From IMG/VR virus record IMGVR_UViG_3300011116_001229: a stretch of DNA of 64,000 bases. One strand, given 5' to 3'. This DNA comes from a virus. Lineage: Duplodnaviria; Caudoviricetes. Made by a program: the position numbers and the translations under genes. Below are positions 38,197 through 47,996 of this stretch, piece by piece. The notes under the pieces are model-generated. The model searched no databases, was not told the DNA's origin, and saw only the letters and a list, made by a program, of their open reading frames with translations. The stretch's first letter is position 1. Every line of letters begins with the position of its first letter.

Positions 38197-38551
38197 TAAT
38201 GACTCTATTGTGAGTCAACTAGTCAGCTGGTTAAATAAACATGCTGAATCAAGGCAGTCTGATCCTGAATCAGAAGAATCTCAGAAATCTTTTGATGATG
38301 TCACATTAGAACAGTCTGTTTCAATTCTTTCACAGACACTCACAAAGTGTATTGGTGAAATCTCTAAAGTAGCACTTTCTTTATCTTCAACAATTAAAGC
38401 TGTCAATGAACATTCGACTATGATTGAAGAGCTATATACAATACAGACGTCTATCTTAAAGCTTCTCAAGACAGGAGCAGTAACTGCACCTACCTCGCAC
38501 GAGTCTAACAGTCACGACAAGAATAAGAAAAAAACAGAGAAACCTAATTAG
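38177..38551 (+). CDS. Hypothetical protein
   Basis: ORF in the coupled gene run. Confidence 0.6.
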   Translation: MTTDKHDNDSIVSQLVSWLNKHAESRQSDPESEESQKSFDDVTLEQSVSILSQTLTKCIGEISKVALSLSSTIKAVNEHSTMIEELYTIQTSILKLLKTGAVTAPTSHESNSHDKNKKKTEKPN

Positions 38552-38557
38552 TTTTCT

Positions 38558-38974
38558 ATGAGCTTATTTTTAATAAAACTCTGGGAATTCACCAAGAAGA
38601 ATTGGCAAGCACTTATCGTTTTAGCTGCAGCAGTAATAATTGTTTGGCAGGTACGCAGTTTTTTTATTAGTCGTGAAAATAATCTTCTTAAACAGATGGA
38701 AGACATGAAGAGAATTCATGATGAAGAAATTAATTCTGTAAAGAAAGCACATGAAGAAGAGCGTCAGCGACACGACAAAAACGTGAAGAAGCTAGAAGAA
38801 GATTTAAAAACTTCACAAGACAAATACGATCAGACAATTCTAGAACTCGAAAATAAGAAAAAGATAAATGTTGTCAAGATTGTGAAAAAATACGGCAAGG
38901 ATCCTGCTGAGTTGGCCAAAAAAGTTCAGTCTATCACAGGTTTTGAGATCGTCATGCCGGAGGTAAAAAAATGA
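38558..38974 (+). CDS. Membrane-anchored coiled-coil protein (i-spanin-like architecture)
   Basis: N-terminal ALIVLAAAVIIVW followed by a charged heptad region. Confidence 0.55.
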   Translation: MSLFLIKLWEFTKKNWQALIVLAAAVIIVWQVRSFFISRENNLLKQMEDMKRIHDEEINSVKKAHEEERQRHDKNVKKLEEDLKTSQDKYDQTILELENKKKINVVKIVKKYGKDPAELAKKVQSITGFEIVMPEVKK

Positions 38975-39471
38975 ATTTTAAAAGAGCCATTTCTTTAGGA
39001 ACATGTTTGTCTCTAATTTTTTCAACAACAGAGCTGCATGCACAGTCACCTTCACCCGAGCCCGACCCACAAGAAACAATTTCTAAAATTTCCCCCATGC
39101 GCCAGGGCGACGTCGCGCCATTCACTGGCGTTTTATTTTCACCAAAGGCAACTGCAACTATTATCACTGAGTTTGAGACATTTGACGAGAGAATGAAACT
39201 TGAAGTTGACAAGGCAGTAAGAGACACTATTGCAAAAAAACAATTTGAGATCAATGAAGTTAGTTCAAAATGCACCACAGATAAAACTGTTCTTCAAGCC
39301 GACATAACTGCTAAGTCAAAACAGATAACAAAGCTGTCAGAGGATCTACAAGTTGCGCAAAATGCTGCAGCAAATGCTCCAAGTAGACTAGTTTGGACAG
39401 GAATAGGCGTCGCAGTAGGGGCCGCAACTGCCATTCTTATCACTTTTGCCGTCAACCAGGCTTCTAAATAA
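38971..39471 (+). CDS. Exported coiled-coil protein with C-terminal transmembrane helix
   Basis: Signal-like N-terminus; C-terminal LVWTGIGVAVGAATAILITFAV. Confidence 0.55.
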   Translation: MNFKRAISLGTCLSLIFSTTELHAQSPSPEPDPQETISKISPMRQGDVAPFTGVLFSPKATATIITEFETFDERMKLEVDKAVRDTIAKKQFEINEVSSKCTTDKTVLQADITAKSKQITKLSEDLQVAQNAAANAPSRLVWTGIGVAVGAATAILITFAVNQASK

Positions 39472-39508
39472 AGATTTGCAGCCTATTTAGTGTGCGGAGT
39501 TCTGACAC

Positions 39509-39784
39509 ATGAGCGAAGAAGCACAAATAAAACAAAAACCAAAAAAAGAAGTTTCTAAACTGTGGATCATTGGCACCGATGGTAAGGCTTCAGTAAGTGC
39601 AACATTTGCAACAATTGCGTTTCTAGCTACGACTGCTGCTTACGTTGCTTCAATTGTTGAAGCATATGGTGAATTAAAGTTTAGACCATTTGATGTCGCA
39701 GCTTGCGGTGCTTACATGGTTCCAATCTTATCACTTTACTTTGGCCGTCGCTGGACAGAGAAATCTTCAAAGAAAGAAGACTGA
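39509..39784 (+). CDS. Small two-TM membrane protein (holin-like)
   Basis: Two hydrophobic helices with charged termini. Confidence 0.5.
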   Translation: MSEEAQIKQKPKKEVSKLWIIGTDGKASVSATFATIAFLATTAAYVASIVEAYGELKFRPFDVAACGAYMVPILSLYFGRRWTEKSSKKED

Positions 39785-39785
39785 A

Positions 39786-41243
39786 ATGCAAGCGATGCGA
39801 AAGTCAGGTGCCTCTGTTAGAGATAGCAGATTTGATCATCCTCCTTATGTGCCTGAGGACGATAAACCCATCGACGCTTCGGATGTGGTTGACCCATCAG
39901 CTCTGGCTGTAGATCCGAATAATGAAAATTTTATTCCATCTAATAAAGATGAGCTAAAATTAGCTGTGCAAACAATGCTATCCGATATAGATAATTTAGA
40001 AATACCAAGAACATATCAGATAATCAAAAAATCAATTGATAAGATGCGCGAGGAGCAAGAAATGAAAAAATTGAGTGCCGTTGATGAGTCAATAATTCGC
40101 CGTGTAATTAGAAGCTTTTTAAATGAAGCTCCCGCAATCTCAGCCCCGCAGTCAACATCAATCGACAAATATGCAACCGACCCCGAGATAGTTGATCTTG
40201 TTTTAAGCTTTAAGCCAAGTGAAAAAGATGAAGGCGAAGAGTCTAAGAAAAAGAAACTAGTCAATTTGCAAAAACAAGTCGAACGTAAGCTTAAGTCAAA
40301 AGGTATCAAAGCAGATGTAGAAATGATGGCAGCGCAAGTAATGGATAAAATTTTAGATCCTCGAAATGCTGCCGCTAGAGACCAGTATCTTAAGTCTTAT
40401 GAAGTGACAAAGCTTGACCCTGGCGCCTCTGCTTCATATGGTCCCGGAGATCCTAAGTGGGAATCAGAAGTTAAGAGTCTTAGAAGCACACTTCAAGGAA
40501 TGTCATTTGATAAGGAAGTTGACAAGGGCATTAGTTCAGCAGCGCTTAGAATCGTTAAGAATCACGCTGATAATCCTGTCAATCTAGTCAAGAAGACTGC
40601 TCGCTGGCTTAAAGACAATGTTTCTGGTGACATTGGAGCAAACCTTTCGCTAGTTATTCAAACAGTAATTGATCTTGGCGATGACTCTGGTGATGAAGAC
40701 GTCAAAAAAACTGGCATGAGCATGCTAGACGTGATCAAATCCCAGCCGAAACTTGTGCCTAGTGAAAAGAAAGCAAAGACGGGGGATGAGTCTCGTGATG
40801 CGATTGCATCAGCTGTTGGTGTCAAATATGGCACAAACGTTCGCGGTATAGAAGAAGAAGCACTTCAAAAATTTAAAGAACGAATCTCACCAGACTCAAC
40901 TGTAACTGACGCTGAGCTAAAAGCTAGCGTTGAAATTGCAGTCATGTATGCGTTAAAAGACTTCTTAAACGCAATTCCCGAGTCTGATCTTTATTCCAAG
41001 GAAGATATTGCACTTCTTAAATCTCACCCAGATATAGCAACTGAACTTCCAATATTTAGAGTCTTCTTAAATGGTTATCTTGATAATCTTGATGTTGATG
41101 AATTTGTTGACAATCCAGATAATACTAGCATAAAAAATGCCGCATTGAGAAACGGTCTCAGGGCACTTAAGGGTGAACTTAAGAAAGTCTTTAAAGACGA
41201 ACCAGCTGAGCTAGCTCCGGAGCTGACAGACAAATACATCTAA
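39786..41243 (+). CDS. Large hypothetical protein (ORF track start 39690)
   Basis: Long ORF with internal IIRRVIRSFLNEA copy of the shared motif. Confidence 0.7.
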   Translation: MQAMRKSGASVRDSRFDHPPYVPEDDKPIDASDVVDPSALAVDPNNENFIPSNKDELKLAVQTMLSDIDNLEIPRTYQIIKKSIDKMREEQEMKKLSAVDESIIRRVIRSFLNEAPAISAPQSTSIDKYATDPEIVDLVLSFKPSEKDEGEESKKKKLVNLQKQVERKLKSKGIKADVEMMAAQVMDKILDPRNAAARDQYLKSYEVTKLDPGASASYGPGDPKWESEVKSLRSTLQGMSFDKEVDKGISSAALRIVKNHADNPVNLVKKTARWLKDNVSGDIGANLSLVIQTVIDLGDDSGDEDVKKTGMSMLDVIKSQPKLVPSEKKAKTGDESRDAIASAVGVKYGTNVRGIEEEALQKFKERISPDSTVTDAELKASVEIAVMYALKDFLNAIPESDLYSKEDIALLKSHPDIATELPIFRVFLNGYLDNLDVDEFVDNPDNTSIKNAALRNGLRALKGELKKVFKDEPAELAPELTDKYI

Positions 41244-41252
41244 TGGTGAAGT

Positions 41253-42011
41253 ATGACCCGAGATAGACAAATAGTAGCAGCTGTACAGTACGAACCAAGG
41301 CTCTTGGACGTGCATTTTAATCTTTTGCAAGGCCAGCAACTTGCATTTGAAGCTGCAGCAAAGGGTGCAGCTGTAGTTGTTCTGCCGGAACTTTGTTTAA
41401 GCGGCTACGTTCTGAGAGATAAACAGGAAGCAGCTAGTTGTGCGCAAACATCAAATGGCTATCAAACTGAAGCCTTCATACCAATTGCTAAAAAATACAA
41501 TACACACATTGTGTTTGGATTTGTTGAGCTAAAGGAAGGCAAACTTTATAATTCTGCAGCCGTAGTTGGTCCGCAAGGTTTAGTCGCAACATGTCAGAAG
41601 CACAATCTGTGGGGAAGTGACTATCTATGGGCAGAGTCGGCCGACAACTTGTTACCAGTTGTCACTACCAGCGTTGGTCGTCTAGGCGTTTTAATATGTC
41701 GTGATGCAATGAACAACGACAGAGACACATATAAATTCTTTAAAGAGAATCACAAGTATTACAGAAAAGGTTCTGTTGATACAATAGCGCTATTGACTAA
41801 CTGGGGCGCTGATTTTGGCTATCCTGATTCAACTTGGGTAGAATTAACTGAAGAGACTGGTGCTAACGTTATTGTGTCAAACAGAGTCGGTAAAGAGCGT
41901 GATATGAAATACAAGGGCGGGTCTTGCATTGTCGATAGAGAAAGAAAAGTTTGGACTCACGGATCCTCATTTAATGAGTCCGCCGTCGTCGGGGGTTATG
42001 TCATTCTATGA
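41253..42011 (+). CDS. Carbon-nitrogen hydrolase (nitrilase superfamily)
   Basis: LPELC (Glu), LYNSA, QKHNL (Lys), LICRD (Cys). Confidence 0.88.
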   Translation: MTRDRQIVAAVQYEPRLLDVHFNLLQGQQLAFEAAAKGAAVVVLPELCLSGYVLRDKQEAASCAQTSNGYQTEAFIPIAKKYNTHIVFGFVELKEGKLYNSAAVVGPQGLVATCQKHNLWGSDYLWAESADNLLPVVTTSVGRLGVLICRDAMNNDRDTYKFFKENHKYYRKGSVDTIALLTNWGADFGYPDSTWVELTEETGANVIVSNRVGKERDMKYKGGSCIVDRERKVWTHGSSFNESAVVGGYVIL

Positions 42012-42379
42012 TTCGATCTCTTGCTGATTTGCATGAATCTTTTATCAATAAAGCTCGCGAGCCTATGATCAAAGGATCCCTTCCGGTGCAACCAAAAGAA
42101 GATTTTCTTCCGATTGTTGCCATGAATACCTGGAAGAAGTCGCAAGAATTTTACGTAAAAAAATTTGAATTTAGAACACAGAAACACCGAAACGATTTTA
42201 TTAAAATTCTTCTTGAGTATGAAGACGAAGTTGAACATAATGCTAAGATGGTCGTGAACGAGGGATTAGTCGTTCTAATGCTTCAAACTAAAGATGTGGA
42301 AAAAGTCACAGAGTTAGACAAAGAGTATGCCAAATACGCAGATGCAGTGTATAAAGATGTAGTACTTTTACCAGCGTGA
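42008..42379 (+). CDS. Pterin-4a-carbinolamine dehydratase-like protein
   Basis: W......KKFEF......F......EH.A......V....T.D...VTELD...A..D pattern. Confidence 0.55.
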   Translation: MIRSLADLHESFINKAREPMIKGSLPVQPKEDFLPIVAMNTWKKSQEFYVKKFEFRTQKHRNDFIKILLEYEDEVEHNAKMVVNEGLVVLMLQTKDVEKVTELDKEYAKYADAVYKDVVLLPA

Positions 42380-42795
42380 CTATGATAGACCAAGACACAG
42401 CGCGATTATTAGTGAGTGAAGCTCTAAAAGACAGACTTGCAATTAAGGAGTCGGGAGAAGTAACTTTAGAACAGGGCAGTCCGTTAAACCTGGAATTAAT
42501 CCTATCTGCAGACGATCAAGATAAATTTTCATTTAGCGGTCCACTTATCGATCTTGAGATTAAATCACAAGTAGAAAAATTTTTGCAGTTTAAATCAAGT
42601 GTTCAAGATGCGTATGAACTACTAAATTTATTAAACGGTCACACGTGCAAATGCTTTGAGTATAGCATTGTTTACCTTGGTAAGGCGGTAAAGTTTACTG
42701 GGCCTTACGATGCAACTATTAGAAAAATAACAAATTTTGATTACTCAAAAAATCAGTGCACTGTCAGCATTGAACTAATTAAAACTGATCAATAA
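42376..42795 (+). CDS. Hypothetical protein
   Basis: GTG start overlapping the previous stop. Confidence 0.6.
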   Translation: MTMIDQDTARLLVSEALKDRLAIKESGEVTLEQGSPLNLELILSADDQDKFSFSGPLIDLEIKSQVEKFLQFKSSVQDAYELLNLLNGHTCKCFEYSIVYLGKAVKFTGPYDATIRKITNFDYSKNQCTVSIELIKTDQ

Positions 42796-42816
42796 TTACA
42801 ACAGAGGAAAAGTTTA

Positions 42817-43389
42817 ATGCAGCCTTCTAACACAAAGCGGTCCTTGACTGAAATTTTAGACAACATAATAAATCAAAGCTTGCGTTCAGCAAAAAAGAAA
42901 TCTAAAAATCTTTTTGAAGCAGACGAGGCTGATCCTTTTGATGATGACGCCGCAGAAGGCAAACAAGACAAAGACACAAGCATCGTTGATGATAAAAAAG
43001 AGGAAGAAAAGCTCAAGAGGGGCGACATCACAGTTGACGATGTTATTGAAAAGTTAAATGCTATCAGATCAGGCAAGTCTTACAAAGATGAAGAAATTTT
43101 AACAAAGCTTTCTGAATATATTGATGAACTTAAGGATGCAGAGAAAACTGCGTTATTAGCATTCTTGAAAGCGCTCGCTCAAATTGTAACAGGTGAAATT
43201 GCTACCAAAGATGTTTTAAAGCCCTCTGAAAAGCCCGTCGACGTAAAGATGGAAAAGGAACCCGCCGTCAAAAAGCGAACTATTAAGCCGATGGTGATCA
43301 AAAAACCTGAGATGGAAGATGAGAAGGAAAAGACCCCTGCCGAAGACACTAAAGGTCCGGTTCCAATCGTAGCTAAAAAGAAAGGTTGA
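42817..43389 (+). CDS. Hypothetical acidic protein
   Basis: TAATTA at 42793; NLFEA motif. Confidence 0.65.
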   Translation: MQPSNTKRSLTEILDNIINQSLRSAKKKSKNLFEADEADPFDDDAAEGKQDKDTSIVDDKKEEEKLKRGDITVDDVIEKLNAIRSGKSYKDEEILTKLSEYIDELKDAEKTALLAFLKALAQIVTGEIATKDVLKPSEKPVDVKMEKEPAVKKRTIKPMVIKKPEMEDEKEKTPAEDTKGPVPIVAKKKG

Positions 43390-43392
43390 GTC

Positions 43393-43581
43393 ATGATGCA
43401 AGTCGCAGATACAGTTGATATTGTTCTTAGTTCAGGTGACATAGCATCTATAGAGATGTCATCAGAGCTCTTAAAAAGAATTAGACAAGCATATAACCTT
43501 GATGAAAGCCAACGGCCCACTGCGTCTCAGGTTAAATTCTTCTTAGCAAAATCAATGCAAAATGCTCTGGAGATGGAGTGA
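43393..43581 (+). CDS. Hypothetical protein
   Basis: Short coupled ORF. Confidence 0.5.
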   Translation: MMQVADTVDIVLSSGDIASIEMSSELLKRIRQAYNLDESQRPTASQVKFFLAKSMQNALEME

Positions 43582-43865
43582 TGCACTTTAGCGTCATTAA
43601 ACAGTACATTAGACTTATACTGACAGAAAGCAAGCTTAGAGAAGCAGAAATTTCTGGAGACAGAAAAGTTCCCTGGGGATGTCAAGATCACATTGACGAT
43701 CTTGAAAACCGTGTTTTAGATGCAGAATATTGGCGCAATAAACATCCAAGAGGATCTGTAAAAAGATACCACTGGGGGACAGTTTTGCGTCAGCTCAAAG
43801 AAGAGCTAAAATCTGCGAAGAGGACTGCACAACAAAGACAGTTGCACGAAAAAGACGAGGAATAA
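43578..43865 (+). CDS. Hypothetical protein with shared N-terminal motif
   Basis: VIKQYIRLILTES. Confidence 0.6.
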   Translation: MMHFSVIKQYIRLILTESKLREAEISGDRKVPWGCQDHIDDLENRVLDAEYWRNKHPRGSVKRYHWGTVLRQLKEELKSAKRTAQQRQLHEKDEE

Positions 43866-43866
43866 A

Positions 43867-45057
43867 ATGGGTGGCGCAGCTGGGCATCTTCAGCACTTGT
43901 ACGAAGATAGAGATCTCACTTTTAAAGATCTTAAAAAGATTTTAAGTGACGCCTCACAGGGTAACCTCGAGGAGGTGACAGAGAAGTTCGATGGCATGAA
44001 CATAATGTTCAGCTGGGAATATTCTACGAATGCTCTTCGCGTCGCACGATCTGATGGCGATATAAAGCGCGGCGGGATGAATGCAAAGCAGCTATCAGAA
44101 AAATTTAAGGGCCGAGGTCAACTCTCCGAAGCATTTAACAATGCTTACAAGGTCTTGCGAGGAACTCTTAGCACATTGTCACAGCATGACAAAAAAAGCA
44201 TCTTCGGCACCAATAAAAACAGATGGTATTCGGTTGAAGTAATTTACGCGGAAAATCCAAACGTAATTAATTACGATTGTAATGCGCTGACATTTCATAG
44301 CTGGCCCGTTAAGTCGCTGAATTCGAACAGGGTTGTCGTAGTTGAAGCCCCAGAGGCTGCTGACACTTTGATTAAAAATGTTGATAAGATGCAGAAATCT
44401 CTTGTGCAGTCAACATGGAAAGTCTCAGGCCCGTTTATCTTGAAATTAAAGCGGTTGTCTGATGGTACCAGCTTAAAAGAGGCTGTGAACACTGTCAATG
44501 CAGCAATGATGAGAGCGGGCGTTTCTGACAGAAATACCTTAGGCGACTATTTGCGTTCACTTCTCGAAGAAAGTGTTCTTGATCTCATGCTCACTCCAAA
44601 GGTTTCGGAGATGGTAGTCTCTCGATGCATGGAAGACTCTTTTGCACCTTCTCTGATTGATATTAAAAAACTAGTTGAAAAAAATGAATATGTTGCAATT
44701 AGACAATTTGTAGAGAATTGTCCGAGCCTATTCAGAGAATATCTGCAACCCATCAAGCATGCCATTAACGTACTGGCTACTGAAATGCTAGAGGGGCTGA
44801 AGTCGTCGTTAATCTCCAATGGAGAGCAAGAAATTTCTAGGATTAGGCAGACTGTTAGCTCAAAAATTAGTGAAATTACAGCTTTGGGAGACAAGAAAAC
44901 TTCTCATCTTCTTGAAGAGCATCTACGCAGTTTAGGATCAATTGACAGAATTGTAACTCCTGTCGAAGGTGTCGTGTTCGTCTACAAAGGACGCACTTAT
45001 AAATTTACAGGTTCTTTTAGCGCAGTTAATCAAATTCTTGGACTGACTCGTTATTAG
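43867..45057 (+). CDS. Conserved jumbo/T4-like phage protein with ligase-type KxDG motif
   Basis: GHLQHLYE, VTEKFDG, C-terminal EGVVF..KG..YKFTG.F. Confidence 0.6.
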   Translation: MGGAAGHLQHLYEDRDLTFKDLKKILSDASQGNLEEVTEKFDGMNIMFSWEYSTNALRVARSDGDIKRGGMNAKQLSEKFKGRGQLSEAFNNAYKVLRGTLSTLSQHDKKSIFGTNKNRWYSVEVIYAENPNVINYDCNALTFHSWPVKSLNSNRVVVVEAPEAADTLIKNVDKMQKSLVQSTWKVSGPFILKLKRLSDGTSLKEAVNTVNAAMMRAGVSDRNTLGDYLRSLLEESVLDLMLTPKVSEMVVSRCMEDSFAPSLIDIKKLVEKNEYVAIRQFVENCPSLFREYLQPIKHAINVLATEMLEGLKSSLISNGEQEISRIRQTVSSKISEITALGDKKTSHLLEEHLRSLGSIDRIVTPVEGVVFVYKGRTYKFTGSFSAVNQILGLTRY

Positions 45058-45060
45058 TAT

Positions 45061-45651
45061 CTAGCTTGCTAAAATATTTCTAATGAATGTTCTTAACAAG
45101 GATTCATTTTTCTTTTTAAGAAGCATACTAGCTATCTCTTTGCTGTGCTTCCTCACATTGGGAGGTAACATTTCAGCAAAGCTTTTAAGATCCCCTGCTT
45201 CAAGATATGATCTCATTGCGGTGCCGCTGATATCAGGCGTCTCGAACCCGCGAGCCACGCCCCGAGTATTAATCTGGCCTGCAGCCGCTAGTGTCGGCGC
45301 GTACTGCATGAGAGACTTTTCATTAAATCGCTGAATGTCTTCACTGTCTGAATAGATAGTGAAATTATCTTCTGATTTTTCAGACTCGGCTTTCTCCAAT
45401 TCCTTCCAGACAGCTGCAACAGGTACACCAACGTCTATCATCTGCACTTTGCTTGGCAAGCTTGGTCTGACAAATTTATCAATTACTTTCTGCATGTCAG
45501 CACCATAAAGTGGAAGTTCACCCTTTCGTGTTCTATCCGCTGTTGAACTAAAAACATAGACTAGATCATTTTCATCAGCTGCAATTCTGATGAGTGCATC
45601 GTGTCCTGCGTGGTAGGGCTTGAAGCTTCCTGGAACGAGACCAATTTTCAT
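45061..45651 (-). CDS. HIGH-motif nucleotidyltransferase (cytidylyltransferase/NMNAT-like)
   Basis: GSFKPYHAGH and ISGTAMR. Confidence 0.8.
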   Translation of the reverse strand: MKIGLVPGSFKPYHAGHDALIRIAADENDLVYVFSSTADRTRKGELPLYGADMQKVIDKFVRPSLPSKVQMIDVGVPVAAVWKELEKAESEKSEDNFTIYSDSEDIQRFNEKSLMQYAPTLAAAGQINTRGVARGFETPDISGTAMRSYLEAGDLKSFAEMLPPNVRKHSKEIASMLLKKKNESLLRTFIRNILAS

Positions 45652-45690
45652 ATGCCTATATTTATCTCATGGAGAGAGTAAGATAAATTC

Positions 45691-46092
45691 ATGAGTGGCG
45701 TAATTTCCTGCGGTGCTGTTGTGTACAGGTTAAATCCTGCACCACAAATTTTACTCATCAAGCAAAGCAGATATGACGATCTCTGGGGTATTCCAAAAGG
45801 TCATATGGAACCTGGTGAAACTTTTATAGAAACGGCATGTAGAGAAGTTAGAGAAGAGACTGGCGTGAAGATACAAGTTGTGAGTCGTCTTCCTCATGTC
45901 GTCTTAAAAAAGAAAAAATTTAAGAAAACAGTCATTCCATACCTTGCTGTGCAAATTTGTAACTCAAAGCCCCGCTGCGATGATGAGAACAGTGAAGTTC
46001 ATGATGTGAGATGGTTCAATATCAATTGTCTACCACCGATCTATAATTATCAGCAACCCGTCATTGAAGCCGCCTTACTATTCATCTCATAG
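45691..46092 (+). CDS. NUDIX hydrolase
   Basis: PKGHMEPGETFIETACREVREETG, a complete Nudix box. Confidence 0.93.
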   Translation: MSGVISCGAVVYRLNPAPQILLIKQSRYDDLWGIPKGHMEPGETFIETACREVREETGVKIQVVSRLPHVVLKKKKFKKTVIPYLAVQICNSKPRCDDENSEVHDVRWFNINCLPPIYNYQQPVIEAALLFIS

Positions 46093-46112
46093 TTATATTT
46101 ACGTAAGATAAA

Positions 46113-47282
46113 ATGAATTCCCGACAAGAACGCCTTCTAAAAGAATATATTCGTCAGTCATTATCCGAAAAAAGCAAAAGCCTGAATGAGGACTCGGGAT
46201 TTGATGCCGGCTTAGGATTAGGCGGCGCAGATTGGGCTGGGTATGCAAAACTAGGCGTTGGACCATTCATGGACCCTATGTTTTATACGGGTGGTAGAGA
46301 CCCGAATCCCTTGCTTAAAGCTTTCGTGGAACCCTTTGCCGACGTTTTTAAGACTGCTGTAGCGGGAGCTAAAAAAGTCACAACAGACGTCGCCACACTG
46401 ATGAGAGTCGTATTTGAAGGTGCAATCTCTGCAATAATTCCAGGTATATCCGCTGATTATCAAGCCATATTTGATCGACGAGATGAAAAGATGGCTAAAC
46501 TAGAGTCTGAATACGCTGATGTGTTTGAGAGAACGGACGCTGCGCTGAAGGACGACGCAAAACTCCTAGCTTTTATGGCAAATCCAGCCGTGTTCTTGGC
46601 GGGCTCTGCTGCGCTAAAAGCTCCTGCTGCCACTAAAGAACTCTTGTCTGTTGCAACAGGTGGTGCCACAGACACTGCTTTTGAGAGCGCAAAGTCAGCA
46701 TGGGAAAAAATAGAACGAGCATTGTTGTCGGGTGACATTACAGCGAAAAAAGCTGCTGCTCGTAAAGAGAGCGTCTACGAAGATTTGATTGCATCTATCG
46801 GCGGCGGCGGAAGATCGTCAAAGAGAGAATCAATCAATAGATCGTCTGTATTTCGTATTAATGAAGAAAAAGAGTCTGACAGCTTTAAAGATTTTCTTAA
46901 AGATGTTCTTAAAAATGACAGTGTTAGACAAGCAATTTCTCAAAAGATCAAAAGCAACGATCGAATGAAAGATCTGCATAAAAAACTTGCAAGCATAGAA
47001 ACTGATACTCTCAAAGAGGCAGAGCAATCTGCACAGAAGTTTATCAATCAGGTTAGTAGCTTCGAGGGTGTAAAAAATCTTGCTTCTAAAAATCCTAAAA
47101 TCAAACAACAGATTGAAAATCTGAACGATCCAAAGGCACAAAAAATGCTAGTTGACAATGTCGAAAAAGCGACCAAGACTGTGTTTATTTCTACATTGTC
47201 TACGAGGCTTAAAATGCTTCCAAAGGGTTCTGAAGAACGCAAGCAATATGAACAGGCGCTTGCTAAAGTTACAAAACTCTGA
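46113..47282 (+). CDS. Hypothetical protein with shared N-terminal motif
   Basis: RLLKEYIRQSLSE; TATTTA at 46096. Confidence 0.7.
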   Translation: MNSRQERLLKEYIRQSLSEKSKSLNEDSGFDAGLGLGGADWAGYAKLGVGPFMDPMFYTGGRDPNPLLKAFVEPFADVFKTAVAGAKKVTTDVATLMRVVFEGAISAIIPGISADYQAIFDRRDEKMAKLESEYADVFERTDAALKDDAKLLAFMANPAVFLAGSAALKAPAATKELLSVATGGATDTAFESAKSAWEKIERALLSGDITAKKAAARKESVYEDLIASIGGGGRSSKRESINRSSVFRINEEKESDSFKDFLKDVLKNDSVRQAISQKIKSNDRMKDLHKKLASIETDTLKEAEQSAQKFINQVSSFEGVKNLASKNPKIKQQIENLNDPKAQKMLVDNVEKATKTVFISTLSTRLKMLPKGSEERKQYEQALAKVTKL

Positions 47283-47316
47283 ACAAAATTCTTCTTCTTG
47301 TGTATGATATTCAATC

Positions 47317-47607
47317 ATGCCAAAGAAGCAACCGAAAAATTATAATATTGCAATTATGCAGCCTGATGAGATTGGTGCTCTGCGCACTCTTGTCAAAGAG
47401 TTTGTAACCAAAATTAATGCTGTTGATAATGAGATTGAACTTCTCAAGGGCGATAGAAAAGAAATCATCGAAGAATATACCGACAAGCTTGATATGAAGA
47501 CACTTCAAGCGGCATTGAAGGTTACAAAAATTCAGAATGAAGTTGCGCATAGAGACACTTTTGATATGTTCCTTGAAGCATTAAATGAAGGGAATGAGCA
47601 ATCTTGA
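47317..47607 (+). CDS. dsDNA-binding protein (T4 DsbA/GapR-like)
   Basis: Coiled helix ending DRKEII.E....LD.KTL...LK pattern. Confidence 0.55.
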   Translation: MPKKQPKNYNIAIMQPDEIGALRTLVKEFVTKINAVDNEIELLKGDRKEIIEEYTDKLDMKTLQAALKVTKIQNEVAHRDTFDMFLEALNEGNEQS

Positions 47608-47996
47608 AGTCTAAGAAAAAAGTCAAGGAAGAAGAAAAGATCAAGAAGATCAAACTTTTTGAACTAAAGCTTTCTAAAATTGAACTTATTCACTTAAGGG
47701 ACATGCTCAGTATTCTATTCCCCTCTGCAGAGGAGAAAACAATAAGTCAGGCACTTGCAGCTTCTGAACATCGAACATTTGAAGAAGTTTCTTTATGGAA
47801 GAAGATTGCTTCTTTGTGTGTAGATGCTGAAGTGCCTATTGACGATGAAGCGCCCGATTATGCCGTAGTTCCAACTGGGCATGCTCCAATGGGAGTTTTT
47901 ATGCTTGGTCAGGATGATGAGGAGCAAGCTAAGCTATCTTTTCTAAAAGAGCAGACAGAAAATTCTGAAACAAGCAAAGACATTGATGAGGAATAA
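47604..47996 (+). CDS. Hypothetical protein
   Basis: TTG start overlapping the previous stop. Confidence 0.6.
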   Translation: MKSKKKVKEEEKIKKIKLFELKLSKIELIHLRDMLSILFPSAEEKTISQALAASEHRTFEEVSLWKKIASLCVDAEVPIDDEAPDYAVVPTGHAPMGVFMLGQDDEEQAKLSFLKEQTENSETSKDIDEE

